Shown here: positions 31,434-40,427 of the stretch, in pieces
Layout: each line of letters begins with the position of its first letter
Numbering within the stretch: position 1 is the stretch's first letter
Assembly: GCA_963663165.1 (NCBI GenBank)
Contig: OY760175.1
Span: 192,001-256,000 of the forward strand
Direction: 5' to 3'
DNA: 64,000 bases
Origin: an uncultured Desulfospira sp.
GTDB lineage: Bacteria; Desulfobacterota; Desulfobacteria; Desulfobacterales; Desulfobacteraceae
Position numbers and translations under genes: made by a program
Notes under the pieces: model-generated
The model's database searches: none
What the model was told of the DNA's origin: nothing
The model's input: only the letters and a program-made list of their open reading frames with translations

Positions 31434-31989
31434 AAAAAAACCTCCTGTACCTTGCACTTGTGAAAGAAAATCAACCACAATGGCAGGATATAGGAGGTTT
31501 ATGATTATAAGGAGTGTCTAAGATTTTAAAAATTTATTTTGTCAGTGACAAAAGTATAGGTGTTTTTATTTGTCACCTTTGATTGGGTGCAATCCCATTT
31601 AGTCTAACGTAAAAACCCTGGCCCTCTGGGCCAGGTCAGAGTGCAGTGGCTTTGCCATCTGTACGGCTCAATGCTACTCAATACTCGAAGTTGTCCCCAC
31701 AACGAGGAGTAAGGAGTAACAAATGAGCCGATTTAAAAAGCTATCACAGACAATATGGTGTTGCCAATATCATATTGTCTGGGTCAGTGCTGACGCATGA
31801 ATAAAAAAAGGTTGGCTTTAGTCGATCTAACCACTCCCTTTGGGGGGAGATCCAGCCTTTTTTAATTCAAAAAGGCAGTCCTTCAGACACTGACTATGGC
31901 CGAAACGAAAGACGGTCCTTCGGTCCGAACATAGCGTTCCCACCTCTCTGCTTGGGAGAGTGTTTTCGATTACCCGTCCGTCGTTGCCG

Positions 31990-33516
31990 TCATACTAATC
32001 GGAGTTGAAAGGGAGTGGACAGACGATCTTCCAGCCACATGTAATCCAGCCACGGGCCGGACATGGTATCCCGGACTAAACGAATCAGGCCCCGTGCGCC
32101 GGTATCTTCAATAATCCTGGCAAGCCGCTGCGAGTATCTGGCCAAAACGTTAAACATATGGCCCAGGCGCATCAAGGCATGATACCCTTTCATGACGTTC
32201 CAATCATACGAAAAACAGTGCTCGTACTCATATCCATGATGTTTCTCAACGAGAATACCGGTTTCAATACACCAACGGGAACGGGCGGCTATGTTGCATC
32301 GTTCGTGAAGATTAAATCTGTCCAAAGGTTCGCTGGACAACCACACATGACGACTATTTTTCTTTTCCGGTTGACCGCTTTCCCGGCTAACCTCTTTCCA
32401 GCTCTCTTTGCATTCAACAACGTGCAGGATTTGACTTTTCTTGCCGTTCGGACCAAACCGGTAGTCAATGGCGTTGATCCACCGAAAAACCTGTTTCCTA
32501 TTGCCCCATGTGTGTTGGTGGCAGTTTTCTGTATCGAGTGCGGCAAGCGTTTCAAATTCATTCATTACGCTGGGTAGAGCGTCATCTTTCAGTACAATCA
32601 TGAACTGCCATTTGTTTGTTCGGCAAATTTCTGCCACGGGGCCCTTGGCATAAAGCCCATCCAAAAGCACCATAATTTTTAGGGCGGGAAATGCCGCCTT
32701 CAGGCAAGAGGCTAACCGGTAAAACGCCTTGAGTTCGCAGTCCTGCTTATCATTAGCGGTATCTCCTTCGGTGTAGCTCAGGATTTCGCTTATCAGCGGA
32801 ATGCTCATGCCATCGGAAAACGCAAGATTAGCTTCCAGAACATAGACATGATACTGTTTCCTGGTGCCATCCTCTTTCTTGATGTTACGTTCCAGGCACT
32901 CTTCATCCCAAAGCCAGTCGCGTTTGAATTTACCTGTACCATCTATGGCAATCGGATAACAGCCATTGACCAGGTACCGTCGAAATTTCTTTTTCCGGAT
33001 CAGATCTCTGACCAGATCGAGATGAAGCTTCTTGATTTGATTGATATCAATCTTAGACAATAGGCGTTTTAACGTATCATGATGGGGAAGCGTTTCAAGC
33101 TCCGGGAAAAAATATTGAAGATTCTTCCAGAACATCGGCCGGCTCATTTCTTTGTTGGCCTCACGGCAAGAAGCCATCTGAAACACAAAGGTCAGTATCC
33201 CATAGATCATGAGTGTGGATATTTGGTGTTTTATCTTCTTAGGGTTTCGAGGGTCTTCAATCTTGGCCATACGTTTGAGCAGAATGGGCAGCTTAGCGCG
33301 AAAAATACTCATTTTCTCAGCCACGGCCTCATTGCGGATGCGCCCCTCCTGTTCTACACTTTCATATCGGCATTTGCAGTTAGAAATTGTGCCATGAGAG
33401 GGCGGCTGAAATCCCCTGGCCTCTTCATCCCGACGTAATTTTCTCTGCTCCTTTTTAAACTGCTTTCTTTTGGCCTTTATCTCCTCACGATTGGGGCGTC
33501 GGATAGGCTTGCTCAT
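31990..33516 (-). CDS. DDE transposase
   Basis: IEDPR, IAIDGT, LDGLYA, RSRWCIE. Confidence 0.9.
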   Translation of the reverse strand: MSKPIRRPNREEIKAKRKQFKKEQRKLRRDEEARGFQPPSHGTISNCKCRYESVEQEGRIRNEAVAEKMSIFRAKLPILLKRMAKIEDPRNPKKIKHQISTLMIYGILTFVFQMASCREANKEMSRPMFWKNLQYFFPELETLPHHDTLKRLLSKIDINQIKKLHLDLVRDLIRKKKFRRYLVNGCYPIAIDGTGKFKRDWLWDEECLERNIKKEDGTRKQYHVYVLEANLAFSDGMSIPLISEILSYTEGDTANDKQDCELKAFYRLASCLKAAFPALKIMVLLDGLYAKGPVAEICRTNKWQFMIVLKDDALPSVMNEFETLAALDTENCHQHTWGNRKQVFRWINAIDYRFGPNGKKSQILHVVECKESWKEVSRESGQPEKKNSRHVWLSSEPLDRFNLHERCNIAARSRWCIETGILVEKHHGYEYEHCFSYDWNVMKGYHALMRLGHMFNVLARYSQRLARIIEDTGARGLIRLVRDTMSGPWLDYMWLEDRLSTPFQLRLV

Positions 33517-34388
33517 CCGATCTGCCTCAAAACCTGACGGAAATTATTCACCAGCGGATAAACGAAGATTTTTTTGGGACTGGTCCTGTAACTTCTACCC
33601 TGCCGGACAAGCCCCTTTCCGCTGGTCATGCCAAGGTGTCTAAAATTGGCCGCCCGATAGCACGTCCCATCGAAGTGTTGTGGGTCGACAAAGGTCTCCA
33701 GCAAAGCCGGCCGATACCCCCAGCTCCGCTCCCAGTCTTGCACCAGATCTCTGACAATTTTACCCAATACGTGACTTGCCAGATACCGGACCTTGACCCA
33801 CGGAAAAATCAGGAAGCGTCCATTGTTTACAACAAATCCCAAGTTTCTTAAGCGTTCGTTGGTGCTCCAGCCGATCCATCGATCCCTCGGGGTCAGCGCC
33901 TTGGCCGCCCCTGAGAACAGCATACATCCCAATATGCGCTCTTGAGCTTGTATCAAATAACGCAGATGACATCCGAACGGCCGCTTGTAGCCAAGATAAT
34001 GGTAACGGTGCAGGTATTCATTAACCAGTGAGCGTTCTTCCGTGTCTTGTGCGACCCTGACAACGATCGGCCCGATATCCGAAAGCGTGCCCGCTACCTT
34101 ATCTTGGGGCTGGGTCCTGTCGTCCGCTACCGGCAGTTTCTGTTGAGAGCCCTTTATGGGACCGAGTTTCTCTTTTTCAGGCAACCGTATGAGACCTTGG
34201 GACTCCAGTCGCAGAAGCAATTTCCGGCAGGCATCCACCTTGTTCCTACCAGAAGCGGTATACCAGCCCAAATGTTCGCATATTGTATGAGCCAGTTCAG
34301 TCTGACTCAAATTCGAAAAGGTCTCTACTGTCTCGCAAATCTGTATAAGCTCTTCGTCTTTAATTTTCCGGCCACATTGGACAATCAC
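33513..34388 (-). CDS. DUF4338/DruA-like IS passenger protein
   Basis: RYHYLG, RDRWIGW, NNGRFLIFPW, LASHVL, LETFVD, GTCYRAAN. Confidence 0.88.
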   Translation of the reverse strand: MIVQCGRKIKDEELIQICETVETFSNLSQTELAHTICEHLGWYTASGRNKVDACRKLLLRLESQGLIRLPEKEKLGPIKGSQQKLPVADDRTQPQDKVAGTLSDIGPIVVRVAQDTEERSLVNEYLHRYHYLGYKRPFGCHLRYLIQAQERILGCMLFSGAAKALTPRDRWIGWSTNERLRNLGFVVNNGRFLIFPWVKVRYLASHVLGKIVRDLVQDWERSWGYRPALLETFVDPQHFDGTCYRAANFRHLGMTSGKGLVRQGRSYRTSPKKIFVYPLVNNFRQVLRQIG

Positions 34389-35152
34389 GACATCCTCCTC
34401 TTCAAATGTAGTGTCTCGATTGGGGGGGCGCTCATTCGTACCCTATGCTACATTATCAAAAGGCCGAAATTTTGTCTATTTAAATTTTGCGACAAAATAA
34501 TTTTGGATATCGAGCTGCGTCATTGATATCATTGACTATAAATTTTCATGCGTCAGCACTGTGTCTGGGTTCCGAAATACCGTTTTCGGATATTGGGCGG
34601 TGAAATAGGGAGAGAGGTTGAGAACTGCATCAGAGCTTTTGCTGAACAAAAAAGTTGTGAGGTCGTGGAGTTGAATGTTCAAATAGACCATGTTCATCTG
34701 TTGGTCAAAGTACCACCCAAACTATCAATCTCGGATTTCATGGGCATTGTTAAAGGCCGGACGGCGATACGGGTTTTTAATAAATTCAAGAATCTGAAGA
34801 AAAGGCCCTATTGGGGTAATAAGTTTTGGGCACGCGGATATTGTGTTGATACAGTTGGCCTTGACGCTGATATGATACGAAAGTATGTGAAATATCAAGA
34901 ACGAAAAGAAAAACGAGCCGAACAGTTAGATCTGTTTAGCTAAAATTAAAACGGGACGCTTCCCTTGCCCCCTCAGGGGGCAAGGCATACTAACCCCTTT
35001 TAGGGGTTCCCAAAGCCTGGCCCTCTGGGCCAGGATATTTACTGGCATGAACTGACATGTATCCAATTTTTCCGTTTTTCATGCTGCATTGAATACTCTG
35101 CCCTCCCAAAAAAAGCTGGACTCCTGGCTCATGAAAGGTTATATAGATTTGC

Positions 35153-36025
35153 ATGAGCAGGACTTTAACCATTCAAGGACGTGAATTTTCAGAAGTTGAT
35201 ATACAAACGATACGCCATTTGATTAACGACAATCCCGCCTGGCACCGCACTCGTTTATCCAAAGAATTGTGTGCTCGCTGGGATTGGCGCACGGAAAAAG
35301 GTCTGCTCAAGGACATGGCCTGTCGAAGCATGCTGAGAAAACTTGAGCAAAAAGGGATGGTCACACTTCCCGTTGCCCGTCATAGCGGTAACCGTCAGCG
35401 GCGTATTCCCGATGTCCCCCATGATTGTAAGCCGATAGAAACCACTTTGCGTAAGATCCGCCCGATACAATTGATACCGGTATCGGGCCGTGGAGATATT
35501 GATGATTTATTCCATTGCCTTATGGATCGATATCATTACCTTGGGTGTAAAGGGTATGTCGGAGAACATATGAAGTATATGGCTTTTGATCGCAATTCTC
35601 GTCCGGTTGCCTGCCTGCTTTTTGGCTCAGCAGCATGGAAAACGGCCCCTCGTGACCGATTCATCGGTTGGGATAGGTCGGCTCGTCGCAGGAACCTGCA
35701 TATGACGACCAACAATACCCGATTTTTGATTTTGCCATGGATTCGAATTCCCCATCTTGCCAGTCATATTCTGGGTTCATGTCTTAGGCGGCTGAGCCGG
35801 GACTGGACAGCTAAATATGGTCACGATATCTGTCTGGTAGAAACTTTCGTGGATCGATCACGCTTTGCCGGAACTTGCTACCAGGCGGCAAATTGGCAAA
35901 AAATTGGTCAAAGCAAAGGGCGAAGCCGTCAAGACAGGCACCACAGACTTCAGGTGCCGATAAAAGACATCTATGTATACCCGTTGACTTCCAATTATAA
36001 AAAGCAGCTATGCACACAACCTTGA
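35153..36025 (+). CDS. DUF4338/DruA-like IS passenger protein
   Basis: RYHYLG, RDRFIGW, NNTRFLILPW, LASHIL, VETFVD, GTCYQAANW. Confidence 0.88.
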   Translation: MSRTLTIQGREFSEVDIQTIRHLINDNPAWHRTRLSKELCARWDWRTEKGLLKDMACRSMLRKLEQKGMVTLPVARHSGNRQRRIPDVPHDCKPIETTLRKIRPIQLIPVSGRGDIDDLFHCLMDRYHYLGCKGYVGEHMKYMAFDRNSRPVACLLFGSAAWKTAPRDRFIGWDRSARRRNLHMTTNNTRFLILPWIRIPHLASHILGSCLRRLSRDWTAKYGHDICLVETFVDRSRFAGTCYQAANWQKIGQSKGRSRQDRHHRLQVPIKDIYVYPLTSNYKKQLCTQP

Positions 36026-36082
36026 GGGTTTCAGTCATCGAAATGACAGGTAATTTTTCAACCTGCAATTCGAGGACTGATC

Positions 36083-37483
36083 ATGAAACTTGCTTCCACT
36101 ATAAGGGATATTCGAACCCTTCTAACAAAAGCCGTAGCTGATTTCCAAAACCATCAAAATGCTAATATCCTGTGTGAGCAGGTACGGAACGGCCTCTTCA
36201 TTATTGTGGAAGCATTTCTGGTTCCCGTCATTGAAAAGGCACTGTCTGACCCGGATCTTTTATCTGAACTGAAAATTGGTGCCGGTAAAAAGGGACTGCG
36301 TTTCAACGGATACCGCCCCAGCAGCATTCGATTATTGACAGGAACTACCCTGAGCATCCGATCCCCTTACTTTTCAAAAGTTGTTTCCAAACAACGGCCA
36401 GGCCCTAAAACAAAAAAACGACAAAAGGGGACAGGCCGCCATTTTGGGCTTGATTACCTTGGTTTTATCGGCAGGTGTTCAACGCTGTTCGCTTCGTCGG
36501 TGGTCCATGCAGCATTGCTCTGTCCCTCTTTTGAAATTGCCCGAAGATCCCTGGAAAACCATGCAATCAACTTAAATGTCAAAACCATACGCCGCATAAC
36601 AATGAATCTTGCACAGGAAGCTATGCCCCTGCGTGGCCGGGTATCTTTTGGAGATACTGATCGCGTTGGTGGCAAAACGGTTCTGGTTTGTATCGACGGC
36701 GGTCGCCTTCGAGAACGGAGGCCAAAACGGGGACGTAAATCAAAAGGCCAAAAGCGGCAGGGATATCATGCTGAATGGAAAGAACCCATTCAGTTTGTCA
36801 TACATATTGTCGATCCGGACGGCACAATATCCAAAAAACACTTGCCGGTTTATGATGCCACAATGGGCGGTATTGATGCCGCTTTTGATATTCTTGAGAT
36901 CTACTTGCGTGAATTAGATATTCCCAAAGCCAAGCGTGTTGTTTTCTGCTGTGACGGTGCACGTAGCTATTGGAAGCGAACAGGCCCGCTGGCCAAACGG
37001 CTTGAAATCGAATCCTATTATGAGGTAATCGACTACACCCATGCAAAACAGAATTTACATGAAATCGTGGACAAATTGCCAAAGAGAATCCCTATAAAAG
37101 AAAGAAACCGGATAGCAGAATCTTGGAAGAACCTCCTTTGGGATGGCAGATTCAAAGACCTTAGAAAAGAAATTGTAAAACACATTACGTACCCTAAAAG
37201 GCGCATAGAAGCACTATCCAAATTTAAAAGTTACTTCGTGAAAAATCGAAACAGAATGCAGTATCGCCAGTTCCGCAGCCTGAAAATACCTACTGGCAGC
37301 GGCTGTGTTGAAAGTGCAATACGTCGGGTTATAAATCTCAGAATGAAATCACCGGGTATATTCTGGAAACCGGAAACATCCGAATCAATGTTGTTCTTAA
37401 GGAGTCAGCTCCTTTCCGGGAGGTGGAACATCTTGACTGACAATATCTTCATACAAATTCGGTCACTTTGCTTAGGCCACTAA
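36083..37483 (+). CDS. Mutator-like (ISKra4/ISLre2) DDE transposase
   Basis: CIDGG, DGARSYW, DYTHA, GSGCVESAIR...RMKSPGIFW. Confidence 0.85.
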   Translation: MKLASTIRDIRTLLTKAVADFQNHQNANILCEQVRNGLFIIVEAFLVPVIEKALSDPDLLSELKIGAGKKGLRFNGYRPSSIRLLTGTTLSIRSPYFSKVVSKQRPGPKTKKRQKGTGRHFGLDYLGFIGRCSTLFASSVVHAALLCPSFEIARRSLENHAINLNVKTIRRITMNLAQEAMPLRGRVSFGDTDRVGGKTVLVCIDGGRLRERRPKRGRKSKGQKRQGYHAEWKEPIQFVIHIVDPDGTISKKHLPVYDATMGGIDAAFDILEIYLRELDIPKAKRVVFCCDGARSYWKRTGPLAKRLEIESYYEVIDYTHAKQNLHEIVDKLPKRIPIKERNRIAESWKNLLWDGRFKDLRKEIVKHITYPKRRIEALSKFKSYFVKNRNRMQYRQFRSLKIPTGSGCVESAIRRVINLRMKSPGIFWKPETSESMLFLRSQLLSGRWNILTDNIFIQIRSLCLGH

Positions 37484-38208
37484 ATGGGAATGCACCCCCT
37501 TTGATTGTATTTTCCTGGGAAATTTCCATTTTCGACATTTTTTATTATCTCTTTTGCATTAGATATATCCCTCCTAAAGGTCCTTATAACAGCGTCATCG
37601 TCGCCACTTCGATTTGGATCTATCTTATTTATAATGGCTTTTATAGTTAATCCCTCCTGCTTTAAATCAAAAATTTTAAGGTATCGCTCGATTTCATCAT
37701 AGCGAATGACTTTTTTTCTATATTTTGCAATTTCGTCTTGGATTATTTTTAGAACCTTTGGTTTTGCCATTCTGTATGGCTCAATAACAAATGCCCAGTT
37801 CTTTCTAAATTTTGTCTGTGAGTCATCAAAAAGGAAATTTTTAAATTCTTGTATCGTTGGATCTCTACCTAATGTGCGTTTAAGGAAGCATATGCTACCA
37901 TCAATTTCTTCTTTCAGGTAATCATCATATTGCCGAATACACATTTTCTGTTGAGCTTTTTCGTTATTTTTAAAACAACTTATTTTATATTCATACCATT
38001 CTTCAAAAGTAAGCTGATGGATATCTAAATTGTGTAGATAGGTATAAACAATTTTTGTACAAGATTGAGGGTGATTGGGATTTATGAATTTATCAGGAAG
38101 GGGTTTGTCAGTCCGCATATGTTCACAGAGTTCTCGATAGTTTTCGCTCCGATGTAAATATTCCCACCATAACTTATAAAATTGTTTAGGATAGTCTGAA
38201 TGTCTCAT
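37480..38208 (-). CDS. Putative transcriptional regulator (DUF6499/DUF2285-like); last 5 aa come from the IS
   Basis: WWEYLHRSENY N-motif and RYLKIFDLKQEG HTH-like C-terminus. Confidence 0.65.
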   Translation of the reverse strand: MRHSDYPKQFYKLWWEYLHRSENYRELCEHMRTDKPLPDKFINPNHPQSCTKIVYTYLHNLDIHQLTFEEWYEYKISCFKNNEKAQQKMCIRQYDDYLKEEIDGSICFLKRTLGRDPTIQEFKNFLFDDSQTKFRKNWAFVIEPYRMAKPKVLKIIQDEIAKYRKKVIRYDEIERYLKIFDLKQEGLTIKAIINKIDPNRSGDDDAVIRTFRRDISNAKEIIKNVENGNFPGKYNQRGCIPI

Positions 38209-38242
38209 CTTATAACCCCTGCATGATCCCTGATTAAAGAAC

Positions 38243-38308
38243 CCTGGGAAAGACGGTTCAGGGAAGCCGCCTTTTCAACCCCGGTGATCAGCCGGGATCT
38301 ATCCCAGG
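38243..38308 (-). promoter_or_regulatory. Structured 5' leader RNA (three-way junction)
   Basis: CCTGGGA/TCCCAGG closing stem; loop TCCCTGA complementary to TCAGGGA near the RBS. Confidence 0.55.
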
Positions 38309-38317
38309 AAGACAGAA

Positions 38318-38542
38318 TTATTCAAAGGCTTTCCGGTCTATGCCGGATTGCCTGATAATTGAAAGCAGGGTCCCCTTTTTCAGTTCCTTGTGGTCAGGAA
38401 CCGGAACGGTGATGGTGGACCCTTCAATTTTCTTTTGCATAATCACATGACTGCCTTTTTGACGGATTTCTTCAAATCCATGGGCAGACAATATTGAACA
38501 GGTTTCCTTTCCAGATAAGACCCGCAGCTTAACCAACGGCAA
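38318..38542 (-). CDS. hicA: HicA toxin
   Basis: GF..IRQKGSH...VPDHKELKKGTLLSI. Confidence 0.9.
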   Translation of the reverse strand: MPLVKLRVLSGKETCSILSAHGFEEIRQKGSHVIMQKKIEGSTITVPVPDHKELKKGTLLSIIRQSGIDRKAFE

Positions 38543-38750
38543 CCTCCATCTGGGTGATGTAAATTTCCCCTTTAAGCCGGGTTTCTATTTCTTCCGGGGA
38601 TGCACATTCAAAAAATAATTCAAGGGCTTCCTGCAAATTCCCCCTTGCCTCAGCAACGGTTTCCCCCTGGCTGGCTATGTCCAGTTCCGGACACAAGGAA
38701 ACGTAGCCGGTCCCCTCTTTTTCAATGATTGCTGTAAGAAATTTTTTCAT
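38529..38750 (-). CDS. hicB: HicB antitoxin (short form)
   Basis: YVSLCPELDIASQGETVAEARGNLQEAL. Confidence 0.9.
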   Translation of the reverse strand: MKKFLTAIIEKEGTGYVSLCPELDIASQGETVAEARGNLQEALELFFECASPEEIETRLKGEIYITQMEVAVG

Positions 38751-38770
38751 GTGTTGAGTATCCTTTTAAT

Positions 38771-39010
38771 TTAAATTGGCTCCAGGCTGATTTTCAACCG
38801 GCAGCCTACAGCTTTGGCGTATTTTCGCAAAAGGTTTATAGATGGTGACTGGTTAGGTCCCCATCCGCCATGTTCAATTCTTGTCAATACAAGAAGTTTA
38901 GTGTCCATGTCCTTTGCAACATCTTCCTTGGTCAGACCTGCCCTTTTCCTTGCTTTAACCAATTCATTAAGAAAGGTTAATTCTTCACCAACGATATCAT
39001 CTTCCTTCAT
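38771..39010 (-). CDS. XRE/HigA-like HTH protein
   Basis: ARKRAGLT.EDVA...PSINLLRKYAKAVG. Confidence 0.8.
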   Translation of the reverse strand: MKEDDIVGEELTFLNELVKARKRAGLTKEDVAKDMDTKLLVLTRIEHGGWGPNQSPSINLLRKYAKAVGCRLKISLEPI

Positions 39011-39017
39011 AAAAGAA

Positions 39018-40259
39018 TCACCTCATGTTCACCACATTGCTCTTTGCATGAGATTTTTCCTTAAATACTTTCTCCATGGTCACCGCCGCCTTTCTGTTCC
39101 GATCCGGGGCAAGGTGGGCGTATCTCTCTGTCATGGTCAGGGTGGCATGGCCTAAAAGTTCTTTTACATCATAAAGACTGATGCCATTCATAACCAGCCA
39201 GCTTGCAAAGGTATGGCGCAGGGTATGGAATGTTACCCGTTGTTTACGGTCCGCGATACCATCGTTTAGCCCGGCTTTGTCCACGGCCCTCATGAATGAT
39301 TTTGAAACCTTTACTATTTTTCCCCCACCTCTGGCCTGAAAGACCAAATCATTTTTAAGGCCCGTATCGCGGTCTCTGAAAACGGCTTTAACATCGGCGG
39401 TCATAGATACAGTCCGGGTTTTACCCGATTTGGTGTTGATATCCAGCAGGGTGACTAAGTCATGCTCAAAGTCAATATCCTTCCAGGTGAGGGAGAAAAT
39501 CTCCCCGGCCCGTAATCCACAATGAAGTGATAACAGGGCCATTTCATACATCTGCCGACTTGCCTTTTCAAGTAAGCCCAAAAGGGTATGGGCCTCATCA
39601 TGGGATAGGAATCTAACCCGTTTATTGTCGTATTTCGGCTTTTTTACCTTAGTAGTGGGGATGTCCCCCTGGAAAAATTCTAGCCGTTCTGCGTGCCGGA
39701 ATATCTGTCCCAAGGTGGTTAAAGCATACTCAACCGTCCGGGGGGCTCTACCTGCTTTTGCCATTTTCTTTTTAAGACGTTCCAGATCAAAGGTTGATAC
39801 ATCCTTGAATGGTTTATCGCCCATGACAGGATCAATCCACAAGCGGAAGAGTATTTCTTCTGTGGCAGCGACCTTCTCTTTCTTCTCCTGTGATATGGAT
39901 GGATAATAGATCTGTTTAAAATAGGTGCCCACAGGCATGCTGTCCTTTGCTTCCTGCTCTTGACGTTTTTGTTCTTGGAGTTCTTTTTCTTTTCGTTCTT
40001 CGTCAGATTTAACTTGCTTAGTCCTATGGGTTTCAATTCCCGCCCCGGCCTTTGCCTCTTCTTTCAACTCATTCATCCGGACAATAGCCTTGTCAAGCGT
40101 CCATCCGTCAGACGCCCACCCAAGCGCCGAATTTATTCGTTTGCCGTTGAACTGAAAACGGCAAGTGAAATAAATATCAGGTTTAACCCCGTGCTTTCTA
40201 ATTGGGTGTTTTTTGATCCGGATACCTTTGTGAACCACTTCCCATTTTTCTTTTGCCAT
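39018..40259 (-). CDS. int: Tyrosine integrase (probable start 40259, 413 aa)
   Basis: GLRAGE, HTLRHTFAS, LGH, TERYAH. Confidence 0.95.
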   Translation of the reverse strand: MAKEKWEVVHKGIRIKKHPIRKHGVKPDIYFTCRFQFNGKRINSALGWASDGWTLDKAIVRMNELKEEAKAGAGIETHRTKQVKSDEERKEKELQEQKRQEQEAKDSMPVGTYFKQIYYPSISQEKKEKVAATEEILFRLWIDPVMGDKPFKDVSTFDLERLKKKMAKAGRAPRTVEYALTTLGQIFRHAERLEFFQGDIPTTKVKKPKYDNKRVRFLSHDEAHTLLGLLEKASRQMYEMALLSLHCGLRAGEIFSLTWKDIDFEHDLVTLLDINTKSGKTRTVSMTADVKAVFRDRDTGLKNDLVFQARGGGKIVKVSKSFMRAVDKAGLNDGIADRKQRVTFHTLRHTFASWLVMNGISLYDVKELLGHATLTMTERYAHLAPDRNRKAAVTMEKVFKEKSHAKSNVVNMR

Positions 40260-40427
40260 TATTTGCCCCCCTAAATTCTTTGCCCACTTTTTGCCCACTT
40301 TTGAGCTGAAATAAGGTGTTTTCATATGAAAATAAGTGAAAGTAGGATACTGCCAAAAAGGGATAATGTCAAGTAATATCAATGCGTTTGTGTGGTTTTA
40401 TGAAAATATGTGAAAGTGTTAAAAACA

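Larger units (their letters stand above)
31785..34561 (-). mobile_element. Inner IS (ISNCY/ISAs1-like DDE), copy 1, 2777 bp
   Basis: 17-bp TIR CAGTGCTGACGCATGAA; 9-bp TSD TGTCTGGGT. Confidence 0.95.
31723..34943 (+). pseudogene. tnpA: IS200 TnpA (Y1 HUH) split by an IS insertion
   Basis: MSRFKKLSQTIWCCQYHIVW | VPKYR...DHVH...FWARGY...IRKYV. Confidence 0.92.
31603..35042 (+). mobile_element. IS200-family element (654 bp without insert)
   Basis: Identical hairpins CCTGGCCC-TCT-GGGCCAGG at 31617 and 35016; inserted after TTAG, ends in TTAC. Confidence 0.9.
31585..37497 (+). mobile_element. Outer IS (ISKra4/ISLre2-like mutator type; 2473 bp without inserts)
   Basis: TIR GGGTGCA(A/T)TCCCATTTAGTGGC; 9-bp TSD CCTTTGATT at 31576-31584 and 37498-37506. 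Confidence 0.9.

Noticed and set aside
34548..34943. Intact 131-aa IS200 transposase
   Set aside because: Its start MRQHC comes from the inserted IS TIR; the true N-terminus is at 31723
21204..36025. Druantia defence system (DruA-like genes plus helicase)
   Set aside because: The DruA-like genes lie inside IS TIRs, the 458-aa helicase is far shorter than DruE, and no other dru genes are visible
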